From the NCBI GenBank assembly GCA_045540095.1, contig JAZQGN010000015.1:89397-153396 (forward strand): DNA of 64,000 nt, read 5' to 3'. This document shows, one piece after another, positions 37,960-47,986 of this stretch. Every line of letters starts with the position of its first letter. The stretch's first letter is position 1. The notes under the pieces are model-generated. The model was given only the letters and a program-made list of their open reading frames with translations, searched no databases and was not told where the DNA came from. A program made the translations under genes and the position numbers. The stretch comes from Akkermansia sp. Its GTDB lineage: Bacteria > Verrucomicrobiota > Verrucomicrobiia > Verrucomicrobiales > Akkermansiaceae.

Positions 37960-40407
37960 ATGACTGAGCATTCTCCGGAAATACTCGCGCCTGCCGGCAA
38001 TTGGGATTGTGTACGTGCCGCTGTGGCAAATGGGGCACATGCTGTTTATTTCGGGTTAGATCAGTTCAATGCCCGCATGAGGGCGGACAATTTCACCAGA
38101 GAAGACCTTCGTTCTCTGGTGCCTTTTCTCCATGAGTGCGGAGTAAGGGCCTATGTGACGATGAATGTTCTCATCTTTCCGGCAGAGATGGAAGAAGCGC
38201 TCAGTTATGTGGACGCGCTTGATGGAGCTGGAGTGGATGGTGTAATTGTGCAGGACCTAGGTCTGGCTTCTCTTATCAGCAAATATCGGCGCGAAGGGCG
38301 CTGGAAAATTGAGCTGCACATTTCCACTCAGATGACTGTAAGCAGTCCTGAAGCCGTGCGTTGGGTGGATGACGCGTTTGATCCGCAGCAAATCGTTCTC
38401 TCTCGAGAGTTGTCACTCAAGGAAATTGAGGCCTGTTCGAAGGCTACGAGTAAGCCCATTGAGGTATTTTGCCATGGCGCACTGTGTGTAGCTTATTCCG
38501 GTCAGTGCCTTACCAGCGAGAGCCTTGGGCAACGCAGTGCCAATCGTGGAGAATGCGCTCAGGCCTGTCGTATGCCATACCGCCTTGAAGTGGACGGGCG
38601 CTTGCGCGACCTTGGTGAGCGCCGCTATATTTTCTCACCGCAAGACCTTTGCGCTCTGGACCGAGTACCGGAGCTCCTTGCTGCCGGCGTTCGTAGCTTT
38701 AAGATAGAAGGCCGCTTAAAGAGTCCGGAATATGTAGCGGCTACTACGCGGGCATATCGCCGTGCATTAGATGCCGCACTGGCTGGACACGCGGTGCCAA
38801 AGAATCAGAAAACAGCTGATTTATACGCCATGCAGATGTCTTTCTCCCGTGGCTTCTCTTTTGGCTGGCTTGATGGTACAGACCATCCGCTTCTTACACA
38901 CGGGCGTTTCGGAAAGAAGAGGGGCGCTCTCGCAGGGCGGATTATACGAGCCGGAGATGGATGGGTGGAGCTGGAAGGTGTTCCTGCTATGCCCATAGCC
39001 CCCGGAGATGGATTCGTGATAGACGCAGGGCAGGATAGAAATGAAGAGCAGGGTGGGCGCATCTGGAAGGTGCAGGGGACGCGCCTGTTCTTCCACGGTA
39101 AAGGCAGCCATATAGACTGGCGCTATGTTCGACCCGGCAACCTGTTATGGAAAACAGCTGACCCCGCGCTGGATAAGTTCCTGCATGGCACATGGTGTAA
39201 CTTTGCGAGAAAGGTGGAAGCTCCGGCACGGCAGCTTGCCATTCACTTCACTGGACGTATGGGGGGAGAACTGAGGGCGGAATGCCTCGGCATAAGTGTG
39301 GGTAGTGGACAGCCTCTTGAACCCGCTGAAAAACGCCCATTGACGAGGGAGGTTATTGAGGCGCAGTTCTCGCGCTTAGGTGGCACAGGGTACAGCCTTG
39401 GCTCTTGTACATACGAGCTGGAGGATGGTCTCATGCTGCCTCTGAGCATTCTGAACCGCATGCGCCGTGAGCTAGTGGAGGCGCTGCCCACTGCAAACGA
39501 TGCAAGAGTCTCCCGAGTGCCCTTTGTTTGGCCCGGTTGGAAGGAGGATTTTGCTCCCATTAAAGCCACAGATAAATACCGCTTATCTGTCCTTTGCCGT
39601 GAAGCCAAGCAGGCATATGCTGCGGCTGCAGCCGGCGTGAAGCGAGTCTATCTTGATTTTAAAGATATGCGCCAACTTGCTCCGGTAGCCGAAAAGATTC
39701 GTACAGACTATCCCGGAACAGCCGTTTGGGTTGCTACGCTCCGCATCATGAAACCTCGTGAGAATGGGTACTTTAAGTTCATTCATGCGGCACAGCCGGA
39801 CGGTGTTCTGGTGCGAAACCATGGCGCAGCTCTTTACTTTAAGGAGAAGGGAATCCCCATGGTGGCAGACTTCTCTCTGAATGCCGCTAATCCGGAAAGT
39901 GTGAAAGTCCTTCGTGGGTATGGTATGCGCAGCGTCACCATATCATACGACTTGAATGCTCAGCAGCTTGCTGACCTGCTGCGTAGCTGCTGCGGCCCGG
40001 AACTGGAACTCACTCTCCATCAGCATATGCCCATGTTCCATACGGAGCACTGTGTATACTGCACCTTCCTGTCACAAGGCCATAGCTTCAAGGATTGCGG
40101 TCAACCTTGTGAACACCACAGAGTGCGTGTGATGGACCGCACCTATGCTATGCACTACCTGCGCAGCGATGAAGGCTGCCGCAATACCCTTTTTAATGGT
40201 CAGGCTCAATCAGCCGCACGCTATGTGGCAGGCATGCGCCGCATGGGGCTTACACGCTTCCGCCTCGAACTGTTGGAAGAAACTCCGGAGCAGACAGTGG
40301 CTCTCATCTCTGCTTACAGGCAGCTCATGCGTAACCAAATTACTCCGGAGCAACTGCTTGAACAGGTGGACGCTTTGGATCGAATCGGCGTAACAGAATC
40401 AAAGTAA
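37960..40407 (+). CDS. peptidase U32-family Fe-S protein, long RlhA-like form (RNA hydroxylase)
   Basis: EILAPAG, GAHAVYFG, HISTQ, LSRELS, HGALCVAYSGQC, NRGECAQACR, FKIEGRLK; DUF3656-like middle; second degenerate U32 domain. Confidence 0.85.
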   Translation: MTEHSPEILAPAGNWDCVRAAVANGAHAVYFGLDQFNARMRADNFTREDLRSLVPFLHECGVRAYVTMNVLIFPAEMEEALSYVDALDGAGVDGVIVQDLGLASLISKYRREGRWKIELHISTQMTVSSPEAVRWVDDAFDPQQIVLSRELSLKEIEACSKATSKPIEVFCHGALCVAYSGQCLTSESLGQRSANRGECAQACRMPYRLEVDGRLRDLGERRYIFSPQDLCALDRVPELLAAGVRSFKIEGRLKSPEYVAATTRAYRRALDAALAGHAVPKNQKTADLYAMQMSFSRGFSFGWLDGTDHPLLTHGRFGKKRGALAGRIIRAGDGWVELEGVPAMPIAPGDGFVIDAGQDRNEEQGGRIWKVQGTRLFFHGKGSHIDWRYVRPGNLLWKTADPALDKFLHGTWCNFARKVEAPARQLAIHFTGRMGGELRAECLGISVGSGQPLEPAEKRPLTREVIEAQFSRLGGTGYSLGSCTYELEDGLMLPLSILNRMRRELVEALPTANDARVSRVPFVWPGWKEDFAPIKATDKYRLSVLCREAKQAYAAAAAGVKRVYLDFKDMRQLAPVAEKIRTDYPGTAVWVATLRIMKPRENGYFKFIHAAQPDGVLVRNHGAALYFKEKGIPMVADFSLNAANPESVKVLRGYGMRSVTISYDLNAQQLADLLRSCCGPELELTLHQHMPMFHTEHCVYCTFLSQGHSFKDCGQPCEHHRVRVMDRTYAMHYLRSDEGCRNTLFNGQAQSAARYVAGMRRMGLTRFRLELLEETPEQTVALISAYRQLMRNQITPEQLLEQVDALDRIGVTESK

Positions 40408-40418
40408 ATTATCAACAT

Positions 40419-41702
40419 ATGGAATTACCGGTAAAAAATCATAAACGAGGGCTTTGGACTCTCAGCCCGCTGCTCGTCTTTTTCCTTATCTATGTGATTA
40501 CTTCCGTCATAGCGGGAGATTTCTATAAGATGCCCGTCACTGTGGCTTTCATGGCGGCATCCGCGTGGTCTTTTGTTGTATCCAAGCCTGCACGACTGAG
40601 CTTGAGAATAGAGCGTTTCTCTAAAGGCGCGGCAAATACCAACATCATGATGATGGTCTGGATTTTCATTCTCGCCGGTGCTTTCGCCGGGGCTGCTAAA
40701 TTCATTGGATCTGTAGATTCGACTGTGAACTTGACTCTTTCGGTACTGCCGCCGAACATGATTCCAGCCGGCATTTTCATAGCTGCCTGTCTTATCTCTC
40801 TTTCCATTGGTACTTCCGTTGGTACAATTGTGGCGCTCATGCCTGTTGCGGCCGGTGTGGCTGCCAGCAGCGGTCTTCCGTTACCTCTCATGGCCGGCAT
40901 CGTTGTCGGCGGCGCATTCTTTGGTGATAACCTTTCCTTTATTTCTGACACAACTATCGCGGCTACTCGTACCCAGGGGTGTCTCATGAAAGATAAGTTC
41001 CGTGCTAATTTCAAAATTGTCATTCCTGCGGCGCTACTGGTTCTGGGTATCTATATAGTTCTTGGCTGGCAGTATGCTGCCCCTGTAGAGGTCGAAGCTA
41101 TTGCATGGTCTCGCGTTATTCCGTATCTTCTTGTTCTCATTACTGCTCTGTGCGGTGTGAATGTAATGTTGGTCCTGATTTTAGGCATCATCTCCACCGG
41201 GATTCTTTCTCTCTGCTCTGGCGAGTTAGGCTTACTTGAATGGGCCAGTGCTATGGGAAAAGGAATGACGGATATGGGGGAACTCATTATCGTGACACTT
41301 TTGGCCGGCGGAATGCTTGAGCTCATTCGCTATAACGGTGGTCTACAATACGTTATCCGCCTTCTTTCTTCCCGGGTCCGAACCAAACGTGGCGCTGAGT
41401 TTACCATTTCTGCTGCTGTAGCTATCTCTAATCTCTGCACGGCGAACAATACAATTGCTATCGTAACAGTAGGTGACATTTCCCGCAGAATATCGGAATG
41501 CTTCGGAATTGCTCCTCAGCGCGCAGCTAGCCTGCTGGATACAACTTCCTGCGTCATACAAGGGCTCATTCCTTACGGGGCTCAGCTCCTGATGGGAGCA
41601 TCTCTTGCTGCTATCAGCGCCCTTGATATCATTCCTTATCTTTACTACAATTTCGCTCTAGCGATTTCTTGCCTTCTGTTCATTCTCTTTAAACGAGGCT
41701 GA
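40419..41702 (+). CDS. NhaC-family antiporter/transporter
   Basis: about 12 TM; ISLSIGTSVGTI, GGAFFGDNLSFISDTTI, ANNTIAI. Confidence 0.88.
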   Translation: MELPVKNHKRGLWTLSPLLVFFLIYVITSVIAGDFYKMPVTVAFMAASAWSFVVSKPARLSLRIERFSKGAANTNIMMMVWIFILAGAFAGAAKFIGSVDSTVNLTLSVLPPNMIPAGIFIAACLISLSIGTSVGTIVALMPVAAGVAASSGLPLPLMAGIVVGGAFFGDNLSFISDTTIAATRTQGCLMKDKFRANFKIVIPAALLVLGIYIVLGWQYAAPVEVEAIAWSRVIPYLLVLITALCGVNVMLVLILGIISTGILSLCSGELGLLEWASAMGKGMTDMGELIIVTLLAGGMLELIRYNGGLQYVIRLLSSRVRTKRGAEFTISAAVAISNLCTANNTIAIVTVGDISRRISECFGIAPQRAASLLDTTSCVIQGLIPYGAQLLMGASLAAISALDIIPYLYYNFALAISCLLFILFKRG

Positions 41703-41719
41703 AATAGTATTCTGAATAG

Positions 41720-41762
41720 AAAGAGTCTCCGTCCACTGGGATGTGAACGGAGACTCTGATTT
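41720..41762. terminator. bidirectional terminator between NhaC and the His-rich lipoprotein gene
   Basis: AGAGTCTCCGT...ACGGAGACTCT inverted repeat between convergent genes. Confidence 0.7.
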
Positions 41763-41779
41763 AATCGACTGTGTTAATC

Positions 41780-41962
41780 TTATCTATGGCGGCCATGACG
41801 CGGCGCATGGTAGTGCCCATGTCCACCCGGATGGTACATGCCGTGACCGGGATTGCTGTAACGTGGATGTCCCCCGCGATGATGATGATGGTGATAATAG
41901 CAGGAGCTCAGGCTCATAAGGCCTGCAATGGCGATGAATGCGACGATGAGTTTCTTGTTCAT
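41780..41962 (-). CDS. small His/Gly-rich lipoprotein (60 aa)
   Basis: MNKKLIVAFIAIAGLMSLSS-C lipobox; mature CYYHHHHHRGGH..HGRHR; fills an otherwise empty gap; A-rich initiation region. Confidence 0.8.
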   Translation of the reverse strand: MNKKLIVAFIAIAGLMSLSSCYYHHHHHRGGHPRYSNPGHGMYHPGGHGHYHAPRHGRHR

Positions 41963-42116
41963 GGTGTATTGTCGTGTTTGCGTTACTATAAAATAGCAAC
42001 TGGTTAATAACTGATAATTGTTTAACATATAAAACTGTCCACGTCAAGTAAAAAAATGACTTTAAGTCAAAAAAAATGCCAGTCTTATACAGACCGGCGA
42101 AGAGAAAGGAGCCAGC

Positions 42117-43169
42117 TTACTCACGAGGGCGCTCTCTAAGAGGCACGGCGTGGAACGGCTGCGGCTTAGGGCCATCATACCTAGGATTCATGGAAGCGAT
42201 ATGTTCGTTACTGATGGTAAAGGAGAATGTGCCACCTTCAGCAGTCCCGTTAGCGTCCAGAATATGGTCAAATACGCAGATAGGATTATTACCCTGAGTC
42301 TCCGGCGCCACGAAGATGCCTATTGCCATAGAGGGACGGCGCAGGCCTTCGCGATTTTCAATTTTGTATGTGATGGTATTCACTCCTCTCTTAAGACCAC
42401 CGGAAATGACATCTGCACGGCGTTCATCATCAAACTCATGGAGAGATACACCGTTAATCGTCATTTCAATCACGCGCCCGGGGCAATCCACAAACACCTT
42501 GCCGATAAGAGCAGGGGATGAGCATGCAGGAGGGGTGGGAGGTATACGGTCGTACGGCTGGAATCCATCCTGTTCTTTCAGAAGCTCTATATCCCGTGCA
42601 TGCAAGCGCTGCCGTACTTCGGGTAAACGGCTGAGATTAAAAAGGCGTGTCTGGTCCAGTTTCCATCTTCCACCTTCATACACAAACTCAAGCACAAAAG
42701 CATTTTCTTCCGCTCGGCCTTCACCCAGCTGGACACGGCCCACATAGGTGCAAGCCATTGTATAGCCGTTACACCCCTGAAGAGTTCCCACGTAAGCAAA
42801 ATTTTCAAGCTTAGGCGCATCCTGAGCTTGGCGGAAGAAGTCGCGGGGAAAATTACCTCTCTGAGAAACGATGAGGTTACGTACCTTCATCTGCCTAGAG
42901 TTGGAAGTGGTGGAACGCCATGCTTGTTCATTGCCGCGAGCAATGCTGATACGCCACGTATTATAAACGGTTTCAGCGGTGCTGCGGGCTCGTGCCTGAT
43001 CCGGTACAATAAAACGATTAGCGGATGGCGCAGATGACGGCTGCGCGGGCCCGGCCTGCTGAGCAGCGCGGCGGCGCATCTCAGCTTCGATGGCTGCCGG
43101 GGTTGCAGCCTGCACGACATGGCTCACCAAGGCACCCGCGAGAACTAATGACGAAAAAAATGCTCTCAT
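42117..43169 (-). CDS. exported hypothetical protein
   Basis: signal peptide MRAFFSSLVLAGALVSHVVQA; 350-aa ORF; promoter TTGCCA-17-TAGTCT. Confidence 0.78.
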   Translation of the reverse strand: MRAFFSSLVLAGALVSHVVQAATPAAIEAEMRRRAAQQAGPAQPSSAPSANRFIVPDQARARSTAETVYNTWRISIARGNEQAWRSTTSNSRQMKVRNLIVSQRGNFPRDFFRQAQDAPKLENFAYVGTLQGCNGYTMACTYVGRVQLGEGRAEENAFVLEFVYEGGRWKLDQTRLFNLSRLPEVRQRLHARDIELLKEQDGFQPYDRIPPTPPACSSPALIGKVFVDCPGRVIEMTINGVSLHEFDDERRADVISGGLKRGVNTITYKIENREGLRRPSMAIGIFVAPETQGNNPICVFDHILDANGTAEGGTFSFTISNEHIASMNPRYDGPKPQPFHAVPLRERPRE

Positions 43170-43233
43170 AACTTCTTACAGACTACTACAGGCTTGCCTT
43201 TTTGGCAAGAAAATAGCATACTATTGGCACGTT

Positions 43234-44118
43234 ATGACGCCCTTTTCAGATAGTGGAGATAATGAAGAGCATTCCGCCAGTCGCAAGCTGCTGTTGGAAC
43301 GCCCATCATTTGTGTGGAAGCGCTTTGCTGATGGAGCTGAGCTGCGCGTCTGGATGTTTGCCCCTCCCGGACACACCGCCTCTGCCTTCATGCCGGCTGT
43401 CATGTTCTTCCATGGCGGCATGTGGGCCGTTGATTTCGGAGAGGAGTTCATTTCATGGGCTTTGCATCTTTCGGCCCGTGGAATCGTCTGCCTCATACCC
43501 GAATACCGTACACACGCCTGCTATGATGTCTCAGCTAATGATATCATTCAGGACGGGTTGGATGCTTGGCGCTGGATACATCATAACGCCAATGGACTGG
43601 GAATAGACCAATATTCTATTACTTTGGCTGGCGCTGATGCTGGTGGTCTGATGGCACTGAACGCGGCCATGCAACCCATGCTGCAGACTCGCCGCTGGTG
43701 GAAGATGGGCAGTAAGGATGAACTTCCCCTGCAGCCCGCATGTGTGGCCATATTCCGAGGCATTTTAGATGTTCATGCTCCGGAAGCTCGCCTACTGAAT
43801 ATTAAAGTAGAGGTGACAAATCCGGATTCTATTAATCCTTGTGCTCTGCTGCGCCGCTATTTGCCGCCGCTATTCTGTGCGCATGGCCTTGTAGACCCAC
43901 TTCAGGACTATGCCATGCGAGAATGGTTCTGCGATGAGTGGAAGTCTCTTGGTAATGAGGCTGAACTCGTGCTATGCCCAGACGGAGACCACACTCTGGC
44001 ACAGTTTTCCGTGAATCCGACCGTGTTCGAGCTCATTCTGCTGGCGTGGGAAAACTTCATGGCGGCGCAGGGAATCTGGCCTGCCAGTGCTGTGGAAGAG
44101 AGTGCGCTCATGAGCTGA
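43234..44118 (+). CDS. alpha/beta hydrolase of HSL/HGGG type with an atypical nucleophile
   Basis: FFHGGMW, PEYR, IQDGLDAWRWI, LAGADAGG, PPLFCAHGLVDP, PDGDH. Confidence 0.82.
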   Translation: MTPFSDSGDNEEHSASRKLLLERPSFVWKRFADGAELRVWMFAPPGHTASAFMPAVMFFHGGMWAVDFGEEFISWALHLSARGIVCLIPEYRTHACYDVSANDIIQDGLDAWRWIHHNANGLGIDQYSITLAGADAGGLMALNAAMQPMLQTRRWWKMGSKDELPLQPACVAIFRGILDVHAPEARLLNIKVEVTNPDSINPCALLRRYLPPLFCAHGLVDPLQDYAMREWFCDEWKSLGNEAELVLCPDGDHTLAQFSVNPTVFELILLAWENFMAAQGIWPASAVEESALMS

Positions 44119-44235
44119 GTTAAAATTAGACTCATGTCCTTGGCCTCAGAACATATACGGTACAAATTTTGCTTGATATGGTATGCAGAACATACGCTTG
44201 ACTTTCTGTGCCATTCCTGTCATTATAGGGTTGAG

Positions 44236-44763
44236 ATGAAAAACCGTTTGTTCATACTACTTTTGGGTGCCTGTATTCTGACTGTTAGCCCTGTCACGGC
44301 AGACACAAACTCTGCTGACGCTGCTACCGAGGAAAGCGCTTCAGCTACCCCCTCTAATCCGCGCTCAGAACGTCGTGAAGCGATGAACTGGCTGAAAGAT
44401 CATATGCAGATGCGCAAGCGTATTCTGACCGCACTCAAGAAAATCAAAAACGAGAGAACCGCAGAGAGAGGTCTTCGGGCTATTACAGCCATTTGCCGCC
44501 CGGACAATTCCGGTTCTCAAACCGCTCTGGGTGAAGTGGGTGAAGCACCCGGCATGCCGGAAACAGAAGCCATGAAGGCACTTCTGGAACGAAATCGCAA
44601 TCAGATTCGACGCAGCGACCGCGCTATCCAAGACGAGCTGGACAGAATTACCGAGCTGGGCCTCGAAAATGATGAACTTTTCTCAATGGTGCGTGAAGTA
44701 ATCGGGCAGACGAGTGTTCCGGAGGAGGAAGAAGAATCTTCCTCAGAGGATAGTGATATGTAA
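44236..44763 (+). CDS. exported helical hypothetical protein
   Basis: signal MKNRLFILLLGACILTVSPVTA; acidic tail; promoter TTGACT-17-CATTAT-9-ATG. Confidence 0.75.
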   Translation: MKNRLFILLLGACILTVSPVTADTNSADAATEESASATPSNPRSERREAMNWLKDHMQMRKRILTALKKIKNERTAERGLRAITAICRPDNSGSQTALGEVGEAPGMPETEAMKALLERNRNQIRRSDRAIQDELDRITELGLENDELFSMVREVIGQTSVPEEEEESSSEDSDM

Positions 44764-44795
44764 GTGTCCTCTGCAGCTAAACAAGGCCCCCTTCC

Positions 44796-45914
44796 ATGAT
44801 ATACTGGGATAATAATGCCACCACACCTCTGGCACCGGAGGTGCTGGAGGCCATGCTTCCGTACCTGAAAGACCGCTTCTTCAATCCGTCTGCGGCATAC
44901 GGCCCGGCTCGGGCTATACGTAAGGATATAGAAACAGCCCGTGAGCAGGTAGCCTCTCTTTTGGGAGCCCACCCTGATGAAATTATTTTCACGAGTGGAG
45001 GTACGGAAGCCACGAATGCGGCATTAGCCCCGTACTCTAATGTTCTCACGCTGGCCACTGACCACCCAGCGACCCTGCGCACAGCGCGCGGTGAGGCCGC
45101 TCCGGTACTATCCAATGGCGTGGCCGATATCCCGGAGTGGAAGGAGGCTCTGACAGGGAGAGACGCCGTCAGTTTTGCTTGGGCAAATCATGAAACAGGC
45201 GTGATACAGCCGGTCCGCACACTCTGCTCAACAGCGGCTAATGCTGGAGCTCGTGTTCATGTGGATGTTGTACAGGCGATAGGCAAAATTCCCATGAACA
45301 TACACGAGTACGCTATTGATTACGCTTCAGCCGCAGCGCACAAGTTGCATGGTCCCAAGGGGGTAGGCTGCTTGTATGTTCGCCGTGGGATAGAGTTTCC
45401 GCCATATATAACAGGCGGAGCTCAGGAATCATACCGCCGCGCAGGTACCGAAAATGTGGCAGGTATCATTGGCTTCGGTAAAGCTGCGGAACTCGCAGTG
45501 GCTGCAGCAGAGCGTTATGCCGCGCTTGCTGATTTGAGAGCTCTTTTCCTGAGCGCTCTTGATGAAGCTAGCATCAGCTATGTGGTGAATGGAGCAGGGG
45601 CCGCTAGGCTTCCTCATGTGCTGAATATGCGTGTGCCTGGGTGTAGCGCAGAATCACTCTCCCTCCTTTTGGAACCCGCCGGGCTTTTGTGCGCTAACGG
45701 CTCTGCCTGTACTAGTTCGGAGCCACATCCCAGCCATGTGCTCAAAGCCATGGGCTTGGGCGATTCTCAGATACGGGAAAGTTTGCGCTTCTCTCTGAAT
45801 CGTTTCACCACGGAGGAGGAGACGAAGGAGGCTGCACGCATCTTCATTTCAGCGGTGAAGAAGATACGTTCCGTACAATCTACCAATACCGGGCCCGTGA
45901 TGGTCTACCGCTGA
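44796..45914 (+). CDS. group I cysteine desulfurase (IscS/NifS-like)
   Basis: YWDNNATTP, FTSGGTEATN, ANHETG, HVDVVQ, AHKLHGPKG, RAGTEN, GSAC catalytic Cys. Confidence 0.93.
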   Translation: MIYWDNNATTPLAPEVLEAMLPYLKDRFFNPSAAYGPARAIRKDIETAREQVASLLGAHPDEIIFTSGGTEATNAALAPYSNVLTLATDHPATLRTARGEAAPVLSNGVADIPEWKEALTGRDAVSFAWANHETGVIQPVRTLCSTAANAGARVHVDVVQAIGKIPMNIHEYAIDYASAAAHKLHGPKGVGCLYVRRGIEFPPYITGGAQESYRRAGTENVAGIIGFGKAAELAVAAAERYAALADLRALFLSALDEASISYVVNGAGAARLPHVLNMRVPGCSAESLSLLLEPAGLLCANGSACTSSEPHPSHVLKAMGLGDSQIRESLRFSLNRFTTEEETKEAARIFISAVKKIRSVQSTNTGPVMVYR

Positions 45915-45939
45915 TACAATCACATTTATACACCTCATT

Positions 45940-47985
45940 ATGCCGGAGGAATTGCTGCCAAAACTCCTGCGTAAACAATCACTGCGGGCCCCGTTTCTCT
46001 TGCCGCTCGCTGGTGTAACGGGGTGTCTGCTGGACGGGCAATGGCTGATACTGAGCCTTGCCACTATAGTAGCGGCGTCACTCCTGAAGTTGTGGCGTAT
46101 ACTAGCCTGCACATTACTTTGCATGGCTATTGTATGCGTCCAGTGTAAATTAGCGGAAAGGAATAAAGAACAGTTGGATGATTTTCTGGATAAGAACTCT
46201 CACGTTGTTCTGGAAGGGACTGTCGAACGCACATTATCCAGAGGCTGCATTCTAAATACCGGTTACTTGGGGGTGAGAGTTGTGCTGCGTGGCGATACGG
46301 AATGGCGCACAGGCGAACGTGTGCGCGTGCTAGCTGAGCCACAGCCGCCGCGCCCGGCTCCGGCTGTGGGAATGTTTGACACGGAGAGCTGGATGCGAAG
46401 CCAAGGACTGGCCGCAAACCTCCGACAGTTATCCGGCGAAAGTCTTGGTTTTCCTTTCTCTCGATATGTAATTCTTGGTTATGCGGAAAGAATTCGAAAC
46501 GCTCTAACAGAAAGGCTCATGCCTCCGGGAACTGAGGGAGATATCCGGCGGCAAGTGCTGTGTTCTCTGGCTCTGGGCGATAAGCAGAAGGCGGAGGATG
46601 ATACGCTGGATATATTCAAGCGTGGCGGGTGCCTGCATGCCTTTGCGGTAAGCGGCATGCATGTGGGAATAGTGAGCGGCATGCTGTTCGGATTAGCTTA
46701 TTTACTGAGGCTTCCCGTGCGACTTCGTTCGGTGCTGATACTGATTATTACCGGTATATACGTATTAATAACCGGCTTGGCCGTACCGGCTCTGCGAGCC
46801 TATCTCATGATAGCTCTTGTTATGCTGGGAATGGGCCTGAGGCGGCCTGTGAGTATGGCAAATATATGGAGTTTTTCAGCGCTTCTGATACTGATGATAA
46901 CTCCGTGGCAGATATACAGTGCAGGCTTTGTTCTTTCTTTTGCTGTATATGCAGGTATTGGGCTCGGTGTTTTCTTCTGTATGAAAGTGCCGGGCTGGTT
47001 CGGCCCGAATGATTACGTGCCACCTCTGCTCTATAATCGCTGGCATACTTTTATACGCCGAGCAGATTTAGCACTGCGGGGTACCGTCATCGTGTCTCTC
47101 TCAGCATGGCTGGTATCAGCCCCGATAACCATGGGCTTCTTTCACACCATCACACCATACAGTTTCCTGACGAATATCGCGATTTCACCTCTCCTTCCGA
47201 TTGTAATGGGCTGTGGGCTTCTGTCCGCCTTACTGGGTGGCGTTCCTTTGCTGGGTGCGTTTCTGCAGTGGTCTGCTCTAAAGAGTAGTGCAATACTGGT
47301 AGCGGTTGTTGGCTTTTTTGCGGATTTGCCAATGTCCTATCTGAGCACGACGCCGCCCGTACAGCCACATGAGGCCTATGTATGTAATCTAGGCTACGGT
47401 AATAGTTTTGCTGTATTAGGCAATCCGGGCATTGTCGTGAATGCAGGCAATCTTAATGCTGCTCGTTTTACTGTAGAGCCCTTACTGTTTTACAGTGGCT
47501 GTCATCCCGCTGTTCTTATCGAAACCACATCCGACAATTCAAATCGTGGTGGCACTCCGCTCCTCTCGGCAAAATACCCTAGCATGCATGTTATTTCGGC
47601 TGACTCGCTGAACAATAGACAGTATATTAATACATCCGTCGGTTCGTACACCATATATCCATCACCCCCGGCGCTTTCACGCACCTATTCGCGCAATGAA
47701 GCCCCGGTCATTACTTGGCAGCAACCAAGCGGCACCCGAGTACTTTACATAGGGAGTGCTCCTTCTATTATTCTTGAATCTCTCACAGAGGATGAACTCC
47801 GGGCGGATATTATCGTATTAGGCTACAATGCAGAGCATCCCTCAGATATCAGAGAGTTACATGAGATAACGGGGGCAGGACTCTTTGTGCTCCTACCGGA
47901 GGTGCCGGATGATATTGCCTTAGAAGAGCTTCCGGGTATAGAGATTATGAAATTTGAGGAAAGCTCTACTCTGATACGCTTCTGA
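45940..47985 (+). CDS. comEC: ComEC/Rec2 competence channel
   Basis: OB-like region, LALGDK, HAFAVSGMHVG, PALRAYLM, GFVLSF, many TM segments; degenerate C-terminal MBL-like region. Confidence 0.88.
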   Translation: MPEELLPKLLRKQSLRAPFLLPLAGVTGCLLDGQWLILSLATIVAASLLKLWRILACTLLCMAIVCVQCKLAERNKEQLDDFLDKNSHVVLEGTVERTLSRGCILNTGYLGVRVVLRGDTEWRTGERVRVLAEPQPPRPAPAVGMFDTESWMRSQGLAANLRQLSGESLGFPFSRYVILGYAERIRNALTERLMPPGTEGDIRRQVLCSLALGDKQKAEDDTLDIFKRGGCLHAFAVSGMHVGIVSGMLFGLAYLLRLPVRLRSVLILIITGIYVLITGLAVPALRAYLMIALVMLGMGLRRPVSMANIWSFSALLILMITPWQIYSAGFVLSFAVYAGIGLGVFFCMKVPGWFGPNDYVPPLLYNRWHTFIRRADLALRGTVIVSLSAWLVSAPITMGFFHTITPYSFLTNIAISPLLPIVMGCGLLSALLGGVPLLGAFLQWSALKSSAILVAVVGFFADLPMSYLSTTPPVQPHEAYVCNLGYGNSFAVLGNPGIVVNAGNLNAARFTVEPLLFYSGCHPAVLIETTSDNSNRGGTPLLSAKYPSMHVISADSLNNRQYINTSVGSYTIYPSPPALSRTYSRNEAPVITWQQPSGTRVLYIGSAPSIILESLTEDELRADIIVLGYNAEHPSDIRELHEITGAGLFVLLPEVPDDIALEELPGIEIMKFEESSTLIRF

Positions 47986-47986
47986 T

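Noticed and set aside
43202-43218. TTGGCA-N6-TAGCA, resembling a sigma-54 -24/-12 promoter
   Set aside because: Fully explained by two overlapping divergent sigma70 elements (TTGCCT-17-CATACT and TTGCCA-17-TAGTCT), and it would leave almost no leader.
31763-45914. Apparent RNA-modification island (miaB, queC, queF, cysS, U32, iscS)
   Set aside because: The genes lie on different strands in separate transcription units mixed with unrelated genes. No evidence of a single system.
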